The notes below the pieces were generated by a model. The model was not told the DNA's origin, ran no database searches, and saw nothing but the letters and a program-made list of their open reading frames with translations. Positions 12,920 to 26,001 of a stretch of DNA of 64,000 nt are shown here, in pieces. Source of the DNA: Octopus vulgaris (taxonomy: Eukaryota); assembly GCA_951406725.2 (NCBI GenBank), contig OX597832.1, positions 28,644,001 through 28,708,000 on the forward strand. The letters run 5' to 3'. The translations under genes and the position numbers were made by a program. Every line of letters starts with the position of its first letter. Position 1 is the stretch's first letter.

Positions 12920-13743
12920 AATTAATAAATAAATAATATGCATATATACCTACATATATGTACGTACCTACCTCTACATGTATATATACATGCATATATG
13001 GGTACAGGACACCAAAAAACCGTCGAACACAACGAGAAACGAAAACATAAACACAAAACCAAGGAAATGGACATTTTTCTTAAACAACGAAAAAATAGAG
13101 TACAGGACATACAAAACAAGGAAAATTCCCCTTCTTCAGTCGCCTTTGTTTCATCTACTCCACGTTTCGAAGGTCAAGGCGATACATGACTTTAATGAAA
13201 CTTTCCTTCCCGCGAAAATCAAATTAAATAAAATTTGAGATTTTTTGCGGAGGGGTAAAAATGGTAACAAAAACAGGACAGTAACAACAGTAAAACAGTA
13301 AAAGACAGGACACGGAGAATAACAGTAACACAAACAAGAAGGGTTGTTAAGCCGAACGAGATAACATTTTTTACGAACGCTATTTTTAGAGAACGGCGAG
13401 GGAGCAACAGATTTGCCGTCTCTACTTGAAGGTAGCCCGGAGAAGAAAGACAGTAGTAGCCTTCTCATCACGTGTCCGCGACGGGAGGGGGGAGGAGGAG
13501 TAAGAGAAAGAGAGAGAAAAAAAGGGAATGGTTGTAGAGAAAAGAATGAAGAATGAGAGAGGGAGAGGGAGAGACAGTAAGGTAGAAGAAAAGGAAAGCC
13601 AAAATAATGAAGGCTGAGAAAGGGAGGGGGAGAGAAAGGTTAAGAGTGCGCATCATTATTAATATTAAGAACAATCTTACTTAGAAATGGATGCGTGCGT
13701 TCGTCATATAATAAATTAATAAATAAATAATATGCATATATAC
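12920..13743. mobile_element. Interspersed element bounded by 30-bp exact direct repeats, possibly a Penelope-type pLTR unit
   Basis: aattaataaataaataatatgcatatatac occurs at 12920-12949 and 13714-13743, with microsatellites on both flanks. Confidence 0.55.
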
Positions 13744-13750
13744 ATACATG

Positions 13751-13852
<102 letters not shown>

Positions 13853-13883
13853 GTATATATGTATATATATATATATATATATG

Positions 13884-13946
<63 letters not shown>

Positions 13947-13958
13947 TCGTATAGGTAC

Positions 13959-14005
<47 letters not shown>

Positions 14006-14343
14006 GCAGACACAGACACACCACACACACCCACAGACACCCACAAACCCACGCATAATATATGGATATGCATTTATGTATGAACAGACAGGTATTCTCG
14101 TAATTTCTGTCACCAAGTTTGCTGGAAGCCATAACACAGCTGAACATTTGATATTTGTTTTGATGTCAACAACAATTGACGTGTGATCTTTAAATACAGT
14201 CGGACATTTTACGATCTGTTGTCTCCTTGTCCGTGTCTCCTTGACGCACGCGAGAGATATTACATGGAATAATGGACGCAGTGGCCGACGCTTTCAAACC
14301 TGACCTATTTAGAAAACTGTCTGTCGATGAATGTCTGTATAAC

Positions 14344-14375
<32 letters not shown>

Positions 14376-14557
14376 TGTGTGTGTGTGTGTATGTGTGTGG
14401 TTGTATATGTACATATGGCACCTGTTGCTGATTGGTCTGAGAGACTTAGAGACGAGTGGTTCCAGCGGCATTTCTTCCGGATCTTAATGTTCTGAGATCA
14501 AATATAACCAAGATCGACTTTGCCTTTCATCCTGCTGGGGTTGACAGAATAAGTACC

Positions 14558-14788
14558 TATTTCTTTACTACCCACAAGGGGCTAAACACAGAGAGGACAA
14601 ACAAGGACAGACAAACGGATTAAGTCGATTATATCGACCCCAGTGCGTAACTGGTACTTATCTAATCGACCCCGAAAGGATGAAAGGCAAAGTTGACCTC
14701 GGCGGACTTTGAACTCAGAACGTAGCGGCAGACGAAATACCGCTAAGCATTTCGCCCGACGTGCTAACGATTCTGCCAGCTCGCCGCC
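14558..14788 (-). mobile_element. SINE family A monomer inserted antisense into an older family A copy, with TSD
   Basis: The host copy (14465-14557, resuming 14795-14880) is split, and agaataagtacc is duplicated on both sides. Confidence 0.85.
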
Positions 14789-14907
14789 TTATAGAATAAG
14801 TACCGGTCGAGCACTGGGACCGATGGAATCGACTAGCCCTTCCCCCTTCTCCTTAAAACTGCTGGCCAAATTAGAAACCATTATAGAAATTATAAATAAA
14901 TATTACA

Positions 14908-15086
14908 CGTAGGCGTGGCTGTGTGGTAAGATGTTTGCTTCCCAACCACAGGATTCCGAGTTCAGTCCCACTTCGCGGCACCTTGGGCAAGTGTCTTCTA
15001 CTATAGCCTCGGACTGACCAAAGGCTCTGTGGGTAGATTTGGTAGACGGAAACTGAATGAAGCCTGTCACACACACATACACACAC

Positions 15087-15121
<35 letters not shown>

Positions 15122-15482
15122 TGTATGTATGTAGGTATGTAGGTATGTATGTATGTATGTATGTATGTATGTATGTATGTATGTATGTTTGTATGTATGT
15201 ATGTATGTATGTATGTATGTATGTATGTATGCATTTATGTATGTATTATGTAAGTACGTATGATTGTATGTATGTATGTATGTATGTATGTATGTATGTA
15301 TGTATGTATGTATGTATGTAGTTTGTATGTATGTATGTATTAATGTATGTGTCATTGTTCGGTTCGGCAAAAAAAAAACCGTTAGAAAGAATAAAGAATA
15401 AGTCCTGCACTCGATTTGTTCGACTCAAGGCGGCGCTCCAGCATGGCCGCAGTCTAAAGACTAAAGCAGTTAAAAGAATAAA
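14908..15482 (+). mobile_element. SINE family B (tRNA head, CORE-like accttgggcaagt) with a ~280-bp internal (TATG)n
   Basis: 5' half gtggctgtgtggtaag..gagttcagtccc..accttgggcaagtgtc; 3' half ggttcggc..gctccagcatggccgcagtc. Confidence 0.85.
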
Positions 15483-15564
15483 ATAATAAATACATATATA
15501 AAATATGCATTTTTATATACATTTTTAACGACTATAAAAATGATTATAAATGCCTTATTAAAAT

Positions 15565-15930
15565 AAGAGCAGTCAGATAGCGCAAACCTCAGCCAAGGCA
15601 ACACCAGCGCCATCTCTCAATGATTAACCGGAGATGATTTTAAAAATGAGAATATCTGAAATAGACTCAACTACTCTCATAAACGAGAATACTAAAAATT
15701 AATCCGACTGCTCTCAAAAATTAAGTTAAAAAGCAAGAAAAATAATCCAGAATCCTTTTCCAGTATCGGATCGATCCCAAAATCGAGTCAGTTCCTGCCA
15801 GTCATGAGGCCAAACATCCCTGAAAGTTTCATTCGAATCCATCCAGCGGTTCTTGAGATATCTTGTCCACGAACAAACAAACAAATGTGACTGAAAACAA
15901 TACCTTCCCCATCGCTAAGGCGGAGATAAT
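15565..15930 (-). mobile_element. HINE/DINE-like non-autonomous element (Helentron-type), copy 1
   Basis: Subterminal inverted repeats (acctcagcc / ggcggag), a short (aaac)n tract and a terminal hairpin. Second copy at 55922-56307. Confidence 0.65.
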
Positions 15931-16141
15931 AAATTTTCAAAATTTCCTGGCCATTTGTGAATCTTCTCCACGCTTCAGATGTGTTTGATTTAACACCTCG
16001 GAGGAATATTGCTTCTTCACACTTCAAATGAGTCTTTCGGAAGTCCTTCAGTTCCAACCAAAATTTGCCAGGTTAAATTATGGTAAACGGAAATTAGACA
16101 GAAGCAGATTTATGGCACGGTTCCTGGACTTGGACGGTATA

Positions 16142-16369
16142 CGGTGAGCTGGCAGAAACGTTAGCACGCCGGGCGAAATGCTTAGCGGTATTTCGTCTGC
16201 GTTACGTTGTGAGTTCAAATTCCGCCGAGGTCGACTTTGCCTTTCATCCTTTCGGGGTCGATAAATTAAGTACCAGTTACGCACTGGGGTCGATGTAATG
16301 GACTTAATACCTTTGTCTGTCCTTGTTTGTCCGCTCTGTGTTTAGCCCCTTGTGGGTAATAAAGAAATA
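16142..16369 (+). mobile_element. SINE family A monomer
   Basis: Full head, core and tail; ggtatac on both flanks is a possible TSD. Confidence 0.9.
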
Positions 16370-16753
16370 GGTATACTTGTTCTTTTATTGATTTGGTTTA
16401 CATCCTCACTTGTCCCTTGGGTAACTTTAGCAGGGTCCACTCAATTGTAAGTGTTTGGGTCCAGATATCTGATCTAGGAACACCTTCACCTCCTCTTTTT
16501 TCTCTCCTTCTGGTCATGTGAGAAAGGATCAGGGCGGCTGGACATCCTCCACTTTTGACTGATGATAATGATAATAATTGCATGGCTGTGCACATATGTG
16601 TGTGTTTGTGTGCATTTATGATGTGTGTGTGTATGCGCATGCGTCTATGTGATGAAAAATTACGTAACCTTAGTTTATGGTTTATTTTGGTAAAAGGTCA
16701 GTCTTTTATAACCACACACACAAAGACACACATACATATATATATGCATATAC

Positions 16754-16807
<54 letters not shown>

Positions 16808-16868
16808 CAGATATATAAGCATGTAATAATGTATGCGTAAGTATATACATACATATATTATATATAAT

Positions 16869-16905
<37 letters not shown>

Positions 16906-17135
16906 ATCATGCATGTGTGTGTGTGTATACACCTTGCATGTATACATTTTACATAGAAATAAATTGTAGAAAAATATTAATAAACAGACGCAAATATTGA
17001 AATACAGCGCCACAAATATATTTACGCTAGAATGCGTTTATGTATGTATGTATGTATGTATGTATGTATGTATGTATGTATGTATGTATGTATGTATGTA
17101 TGTATGTATGTATGTCTCTCTCTCTCCCTCTCTCC

Positions 17136-17170
<35 letters not shown>

Positions 17171-17246
17171 CATTTGTTCTACATACACACGTACATTCAG
17201 TCATACAAATGTATGCATGTATTTATATGTGTGTGTATTTATGTAT

Positions 17247-17280
<34 letters not shown>

Positions 17281-19254
17281 GTATGTACGTACAATGATAT
17301 ATATGCTCCAGAATTAAATCAATGTTTGCTGTTTTATGTTATATAAACACACGAATAGTTTGATTCAACCGGAAAGGGAAACAAAAAATGGCGTCAGGCA
17401 GACGTTAAAAATACCTTCTGCTTATTTGCTCTTAAGAGATTTCACGACTGAAAACTAAGTTAAGACAATAGTCAATGTTGTGAAGGGTCGCCTTTATTTT
17501 AAACACTTTTAGACATTTAGATAATAAGAAAAGGTGAACAAGTCCTCATAATAACAAAACGCTTCATTATGGAGCGAATTCATTTAAAATGTGACGTTCG
17601 GGTGATTTTGATTCAATTTAGTCGACGGTTAACTGTTATAGTTTTCCTTCTGTAGAATTAATAAATTGCTTCTTTGCTTTCTCATAGTTTCCCAGGAATA
17701 TTTTATTGAGAAGTTATTCAAATACTTTTTTATCAGTATAAAAACATTTGTTATTTTCGTGGCTAGATGCAAAAGCTGGTCATAATCTGCTTATTATTTT
17801 CGCTGTCCTTCCAACATATGGTCGTGTCTGTTTACATTCACATATCTTTTCTCCTTGTCACACAATTTTGTCAACTAATAATCTCGATCCATTTCCTTTT
17901 TCTTTCTTTGTTGGTTGGTTTTAATTCCCTATTTGTGTTTATAATTTGTTTGCTTGACTGTTTGCAGTAAAATATTCGGTGCCACTTTATGCCTGCAGTT
18001 CAGTTTTAAATCTAATCTTTAAACACGTTTAAATGTTATGTCGAAGCAGCTGAGTGCAGAGACATCAATTTAGATGTCAAAAGTAACCTAACATGCAGAC
18101 GACAGCGGTGTAGTTTTTTTTATCACCAGTTTTTATTCCTTTTGTTTTATTACTTGTATATTTATTTTTTTTGTTTTAAACAGCCACAAAGCCTAGCTGA
18201 TTGGCTTTAAAAACTAATATGTCACAAAACATAGAACAGTGGTGTCTGCTTTCTTAGCTGAAACTAACCAACGAACACAGCTAACTGTTGGAGATTGTAA
18301 AGAAAGGAGACGTGATGTCACAGAAAAAGAAATAATTGACTCGAATCTTTTTCTTTTTTCAAATAAATATCTAAGACTAGAACTTTGTTTAACCTCGACT
18401 TCCATTAAGTTGGTAGTTTTATTTTCTCTCCTTTGCTACCAACTACAAATACGAGCTTCTAATGCCAAAGGGACTGTTTAAGATATATGTTCAGTTTGAA
18501 GACAGTAAATATCTCCATTGTAGATTGTTATTAAATAGAAATGAACTTAATAAAATCGAGAAATTCTTTTATTTTTTCCGTCTATATCTTAAAATTATTA
18601 TTATATTTTTATTGATATACGTTTTATTATTCTCGATATTTAAAATCGATTTACACGAAAAATAAGTCTTTCTCAATTAATTCGAACTTGCGTCACGAAG
18701 AATAATAAACAAAATTGACAAATAAAAGAAAAGACAAAAACAAATAAAACACATGAAAATCGGGTGAAAGAGAGAAAGGATGGAAGCGGAGAAAACCATA
18801 TTTCTTACAGTTTATAGAATTTATAAATTTGTCTTGAAGCTACGAGAAATATGAACATTGAAAAGGAAACTTGTCTAACAACATCAGACTTAAAGAATTT
18901 ATAGGAAAAAGTGTGAAAGTAATAGGAATTCTTTTACCGCTGGGAAACTATAAAGGTTTTCAGAGAAGCACAATGGCACAAAGAACAGCTGTTACATATA
19001 ACAACGGGGATTGGGTTTCCTGTGTATTAGTTACATTAATGTTGGCACACGATTTAATGTTTTGTTTAGGGAGGTGGAAGAGGCGGGAAAAAAGGAAGGG
19101 AGTTACGATGTTGATGTCGTTCGCAAGAATTGTAGTTGCGTAAATAAAATGGAAGGAGAGTGGGTGGGTGGAGGGTTCAATTTAGAATTGAAATCCGGTT
19201 ACTGTTTCGACTCGCATGAGACATAATTTTCTGCCTCACCGCACTTAACTAAGA

Positions 19255-19647
19255 TCTCTCTGCCCTATCACACTCCGCTATGACATATCTCCTTGCCCTA
19301 CTGCACTGTTCAAGATCACACCCTTTGTTTTTTTTCTTTTTTCACAATCCTCTAAGACATATCTCTACTCCACCGTACTTAGCTATGACATATTTCTCTG
19401 TTCTATTTCGAGTCGAGCAGAATAACATCTCTCTACAACAATCCCGAGGGCATGCTTCATTCTTCTACCAAATTCTATTCCAGTCTCTCTCTCCCTCTTT
19501 CTCTCCTTCTCCATTCTAAGACACCACTCTGCTCTATCCCACACTCTCCAACGCCACAAATATCTGTCCCATGAAACTTCAATGGGACACTAAAAAGAGC
19601 AAAGCAGAAAGATATCTCTCTGCTCTACCACACTCTTCTAGAACATA
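19255..19647. repeat. Degenerate minisatellite (atatctctctgctcta..cacactc-like units)
   Basis: The motif recurs several times with a variable spacer. Confidence 0.5.
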
Positions 19648-19991
19648 TTGAGACGCCGGCTTCGGTCATGAAAGACCCTGGGATTGCACCTAGAAAGTTA
19701 CCCTCCGAGACATAAGTCCGGGCAAGGTTGTTTATGGAAGACCAGCAGTCGCCCATGCATACCAGCCTCCCCTCTCCACACCACTGATGTTATCCAAGGG
19801 AAAGGCAAAGGGACCGATACGGCTTGGCACCAGTGATGTTGCAACTCATTTCTACAGCTGAGTGAACTGGAGCAATGTGAAATAAAGTGTCTTGCTCAAA
19901 AACACAACACGCAGCTCGGTCCGGGAAGTGAAATCGCAACCTCACGATCGTTAGCTCGACGCTCTAACCACTGAACCATGTGTCTTCACTA
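19648..19991 (-). mobile_element. Full-length tRNA/CORE-type SINE with a 12-bp TSD
   Basis: RC tggttcagtggttagagc..ttgagcaagacactttatttcac. ttctagaacata occurs at 19636-19647 and 19992-20003. Confidence 0.8.
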
Positions 19992-20331
19992 TTCTAGAAC
20001 ATAACAGCAACAATATTTCTAAGGTGACGGACAAAGTACCTTGTATTTAGTCACGGAACCATAGGTTACGTGTTCGAATCTCGTCTAAATGATTGATGTT
20101 TATCTTCAAAGATTAAATGGACAAAATATAAGTACCCCCAGCAATAAACTGGGGATAATTCAACAATTTGCTCTACAGAAGCTGAACTTGTGACAAACCA
20201 AAATAGATTAATTATAAAATATAAATATTGATAATTACAAGCAGATTGCTTCGGCTGTGGGAAAATTATAACAATTGGAGTCACATGCATGTGTATGCGT
20301 GTTTAGTTTGTGTCTGTGTAACTGCATGTAA

Positions 20332-20362
<31 letters not shown>

Positions 20363-21002
20363 ACTACACGTATATGCATACATACAAAATTATACAGAAT
20401 ATTGAGTATGTATGTATGTGTGTAGTTATGTAAGCCTGTATATATGCGCGTGTTATCTTGTGTGTGTGTATGCGAGTGAGAGCGAACATGTATGTGCGAG
20501 TGAGTGTGTATCTGTACGAATATCTCTGTTTGTGTATATACGCAGGAATGAGTGTATGTGGCAGAGAGAGAGAGAGGGGGGAGGGGGGAGGGGGGATAGA
20601 ATGGAGATGAGAAAGATAGAAGAAGGAATGGGATGGGAACAGGAACCATGAGATTCCTAAATATCTTGGAGAATATTGGAGAAACTTGAAGGAAGTTAAT
20701 CAGAAGTAGATTCAGTGAATGACTGGAAGTGTTGGGAGGTGATGGAGCCAAACGTGAATGTTTGACGTCAGCGATAACATCAGCCATAATAATGTCATGG
20801 AAGGAGGGAGGGGGAGGGGAGAGGTAGAGGGATGGAGGTAAAGAGAAAGAGGGAGAGAGGGAATAGGTGGGGGAAGGCTGGTGGTGTTACTGAGTGCAAT
20901 TTTCGTCGATCCTTTCTCTATTTGGTAGAATGTGTGCATATGTGCGTATAGTCTTTACGTGTGTATATGTATATGTATGTATAGTCTTTTATTCTCTTAT
21001 TA

Positions 21003-21345
21003 TTTTACTTGTTTCAGTCATTTGACTGCGGCCATGCTGGAGCACCGCCTTGAAGGACTTTAGTCGAACAAATCGACCCCAGGCCTAATTTTTTTCAAAG
21101 CCTAGCATTCACTCTATCGGTAATCTATTGCCGATGTTACGGGGATTTAAACACACCAACACCGGTTATCAAGCGGTGATGTGGACAAACACAGACACAC
21201 ACACATACAGCAGGCTTCATTTAGTTTCCGTCTACCAAATCCATTCAAAGTCTTTGGTCGGCCGACGCTAGAGTAGAAGACACTTGCTCAAGGTGCCACG
21301 AAGTGGGACTGAACACGGAACCATGTGATTGGGAAACGAGCTTCT
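21003..21345 (-). mobile_element. SINE family B, diverged copy
   Basis: acttgtttcagtcatttgactgcggccatgctggagcaccgcc...cacttgctcaaggtgccac. Confidence 0.85.
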
Positions 21346-21684
21346 TAACACACATACATACATACATACACACATACATACATAATACATACATACATAC
21401 ATGCATACATACATACACACACACATACATACATACATACATACATACATACATACATACATACATACATACATACATACATACATACACACATACATAC
21501 ATACATACATTCATACATACATACATTCATACATACATACATACATACATACATACATACATACATACATACATACATACATACATACATACATACGTAC
21601 GTACGTACATACATACATACATACATACATACATACATACATACATACATACATACATACATACGCCGCCTTCTTAATACTAAA

Positions 21685-21866
21685 ATATTCTTTTCTATTC
21701 TAGGCACAAGGCACGAAATTTTGGGGGTGGGGGCCAGTCGATCTAATCGACTCCAGTACGCAACTGGTACTTAATTTATCAACCACCGAAAGGATGAAAG
21801 GCAAAGTGGGTCTCAGAGGAATTTGAACTTAGAATGTAAAGACGAACGAAATGCCGCTAAGCATTT
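21685..21866 (-). mobile_element. SINE family A, alternative tail
   Basis: ggcacaaggcacgaaatttt..gtcgatctaatcgac..gaaaggatgaaaggcaaag. Confidence 0.8.
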
Positions 21867-22202
21867 TCATAAGATATATTTTTTTCTCCAAGTTCCAAAT
21901 ATCTGCAACATTCCTTGTCGGAGTTTGCACGGATATCCAGACTAAACGGTCTTGTACGTTTTCTTTCGTCTTACAATCTCTTACGAATATTTATCTTGGC
22001 CAAATTCCATTCTAATATCCTCTGAGGATCTTGTAACTAGAAGGTAATTCTCCGTACCATTCCTGTTCTTGACATATATTCACACTGTTTTGATAAGCTG
22101 GTGCTTCTGTCTTTCTGTGAGCCAATTGCAGACACTTCGGAGTTCCTCAGCATGGAGGAATGAAACCTTTACCGAAAGAATAAATGGCAGTACTGTGAGT
22201 GC

Positions 22203-22951
22203 ATGTATGTATATGTATGTATGTATGTATGTATGTCTGTATGCATGTATGTATGTATGTATGTATGTGTGTATGTATGTATGTATGTATGTATGTATGT
22301 ATGTATGTATGTGTGTATGTATGTATGTATGTATGTGTGTATGTATGTATGTATGTATGTATGTATGTATGTATGTATGTATGTATGTATGTATGTGTGT
22401 ATGTATGTATGTATGTGTGTATGTATGTGTGTATGTATGTATGTATGTATGTATGTATGTATGTATGTATGTATGTATGTGTGTATGTATGTATGTATGT
22501 ATGTATGTATGTATGTATGTGTGTATGTATGTATGTATGTATGTGTGTATGTATGTATGTATGTATGTATGTATGTATGTATGTGTGTATGTGTGTATGT
22601 ATGTATGTATGTATGTATGTATGTATGTATGTGTGTATGTATGTATGTATGTATGTATGTATGTATGTGTATGTATGTATGTGTGTATGTATGTGTGTAT
22701 GTATGTATGTATGTATGTATGTATGTATGTATGTATGTATGTATGTGTGTATGTATGTATGTATGTATGTGTGTATGTATGTATGTATGTATGTGTGTAT
22801 GTATGTATGTATGTATGTGTGTATGTATGTGTGTATGTATGTATGTATGTATGTATGTATGTATGTATGTATGTATGTGTGTATGTATGTATGTATGTGT
22901 GTGTATGTATGTATGTATGTATGTATGTGTGTATGTATGTAGTGTGTAGTT

Positions 22952-22988
<37 letters not shown>

Positions 22989-23490
22989 CACACACACACA
23001 CACACACAAATGTATGTATGTATGTATGTGTGTATGTATGTGTGTATGTATGTATGTATGTATGTATGTATGTATGTGTGTATGTATGTATGTATGTATG
23101 TATGTATGTATGTGTGTGTATGTATGTATGTATGTATGTATGTATGTGTGTATGTATGTATGTATGTATGTATGTATGTGTGTATGTGTGTATGTATGTA
23201 TGTATGTATGTATGTATGTATGTATGTATGTATGTATGTATGTGTGTATGTATGTATGTATGTATGTATGTATGTATGTGTGTATGTATGTATGTGTGTA
23301 TGTATGTGTGTATGTATGTATGTATGTATGTATGTATGTATGTATGTATGTATGTATGTATGTATGTGTGTATGTATGTATGTATGTATGTATGTATGTA
23401 TGTATGTGTGTATGTATGTATGTATGTATGTATGTATGTATGTATGTATGTGTGTATGTATGTATGTATGCATGCATGTATATATGTATG
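22203..23490. repeat. ~1.3-kb (TATG)n/(TG) microsatellite array
   Basis: Directly visible; interrupted at 22938-23010. Confidence 0.95.
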
Positions 23491-23622
23491 TAACAACCAT
23501 GTGTGCATATAAATAAAATTAGATGAATGTATGTATATATTGATGTATGTATGAATAAGTGTATATTTGTATGTATATGCACATACATACATATATATAT
23601 ACACACACACATATACATATAC

Positions 23623-23701
<79 letters not shown>

Positions 23702-24389
23702 TATGTATGTATGTATGCATGTGTGTGTATCCTTATATTTTGACTTGGGTATGTAAACATGTTTGTATTGCTATATGTGCGCATGTCTGTCTGTGTGTAA
23801 GTACATTTGAATGCATTCTTGTGTACGTCTGTAGTGTGTAGTTCTGCACACACACACACACACACACACACATAGACACACACACACACAAAGATTCACT
23901 TGAACAAAACAGAGGTGAAATAGCGAGAGTGATGGAATAAAGAATATACAAAATACAAAATACATAAACTGCATCCATTTGTAATGGCAAGGTGAGAACT
24001 CATTACACATTTTATCGTATTACATAGACTTACATACGTATAAATCTACATTATGTATATATATATAATTATGTATGTATTTGCATGCATATAAATATAT
24101 ACGTACATAGCATGTAAACTATATCTAATTCACGTTTTATATCTATAAAATATCGCATGGCGTAAAAACGGCAGAAAAAAAAACGGCCGCCATTAATTTT
24201 CTTCGTTTTTTTTTTGTTGGTGGCTCAGGGCAATGTTGTGTTTCCTGGTTCGAATTTAGAAGTGTTTTTTTTCTTTTTTTTTTTTACTGGATATTTGACA
24301 ATCAATGCGTGATGTGAATATTACAGAGCCAAGGTTTCAACGGTTGCAGAGTGTGTGGATCGAGAGATAATTAACTTATTTGTCACTAG

Positions 24390-24526
24390 TTTCTTCTTCT
24401 TCTTCTTCTTCTTCTTCTTCTTCTTCTTCTTCTTCTTCTTCTTCTTCTTCTTCTTCTTCTTCTTCTTCTTCTTCTTCTTCTTCTTCTTCTCCTTCTACTT
24501 CTTCTTCTTCTTCTTCTTCTTCTTCC

Positions 24527-24557
<31 letters not shown>

Positions 24558-24568
24558 CTTCTTCTTCC

Positions 24569-24599
<31 letters not shown>

Positions 24600-24634
24600 C
24601 TGCTTCTTCTTCTTCTTCTTCTTCTTCTTCTTCC

Positions 24635-24665
<31 letters not shown>

Positions 24666-24682
24666 CTTCTTCGTCTTCTTCC

Positions 24683-24713
<31 letters not shown>

Positions 24714-24961
24714 CTTCCACTTCATCTTCTTCTCCTTCTTCTTCTTCTTCTTCTTCTTCTTCTTCTTCTTCTTCTTCTTCTTCTTCTTCTTCTTCTTCTC
24801 CTTCTTCTTCTTCTTCCACTTCTTCTTCTTCTTTTTCTTCTTCTTCTCCTTCTTTTTCTTCTTCTTCTTCTTCTTCTTCTTCTTCTTCTTCTTCTTCTCC
24901 TTCTTCTTCTTCTTCTTCTTCTTCTTCTTCTTCTTCTTCTCCTTCTTCTTCTCCTTCTTCT
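24390..24961. repeat. (TTC)n array of ~570 bp with ccact/cct interruptions
   Basis: Directly visible; source of the poly-E/S/F/K ORFs. Confidence 0.95.
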
Positions 24962-25218
24962 ATGATAAATATGATGAAGTTGATGATGGTAATAATAAGG
25001 AGAACAATAACTGCCATAGTAATAATAATAATAATAATAATATTCCTAGTGGTTATGCTAGTAGTAGTAGTAGTAGTAGTAGTTGATTGTATTGATAATG
25101 AAGATAAGGCGAACAACCATCGCCATCACCATCGCCTCTGTCAACACCTCCGTAATTATCATCATCACCATAACCATCATCGTTATTCATCACCACCACC
25201 ACCACCACCAACACCGCT

Positions 25219-25256
<38 letters not shown>

Positions 25257-25390
25257 GACAGCAGTGGTAAAAAATCTCGATTGCAAGAAGAGATTAATAA
25301 TATTGTTAATATTTCATCATATTTCATCGATTTATCGGATATCTACAAGAATTTTTGTTGTTGTTGTTGAACATTACACCCTCCTATGCA

Positions 25391-25430
<40 letters not shown>

Positions 25431-25457
25431 AATATACAAACATACGTCTATACGTCT

Positions 25458-25489
<32 letters not shown>

Positions 25490-25685
25490 TTATATATATA
25501 TGCGTGCGCTTATGTATATGTATGTATACTTCGGCTCCCCTATATTCACTGTATATATATAGCCATATATATACTGACACAGCTTGTTGTCAGCTCAATA
25601 GCAGAACATTCAACAATTCATTCAAGGGTAGAAAGATAACATTATACATACATATATATTATACATATATATATATACATATATT

Positions 25686-25768
<83 letters not shown>

Positions 25769-25964
25769 TACATACATATTTATACACACACACACACGCA
25801 TATATATATACACACGCACACATATGTATGTATAATGTATTTTTCCTTTCTACCCTTGATTGAACTGTTCAGTGTTCTCCTCCACCACACACACATGTGC
25901 TTGCATAGATATGTATATATATAGATACATACATACATACATACATACATACATACATACATAC

Positions 25965-26001
<37 letters not shown>

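Noticed and set aside
21900-22170. Possible further LINE RT remnant on the minus strand (CNWLTERQ)
   Set aside because: Similarity is too short and degenerate to call by eye.
22069-23889. Long ORFs of 443-580 aa (MYVC/HTYI repeats)
   Set aside because: Stop-free translations of (TATG)n, open in several frames on both strands.
24355-25258. Poly-F/E/S/K ORFs
   Set aside because: Translations of (TTC)n and adjacent triplet repeats.
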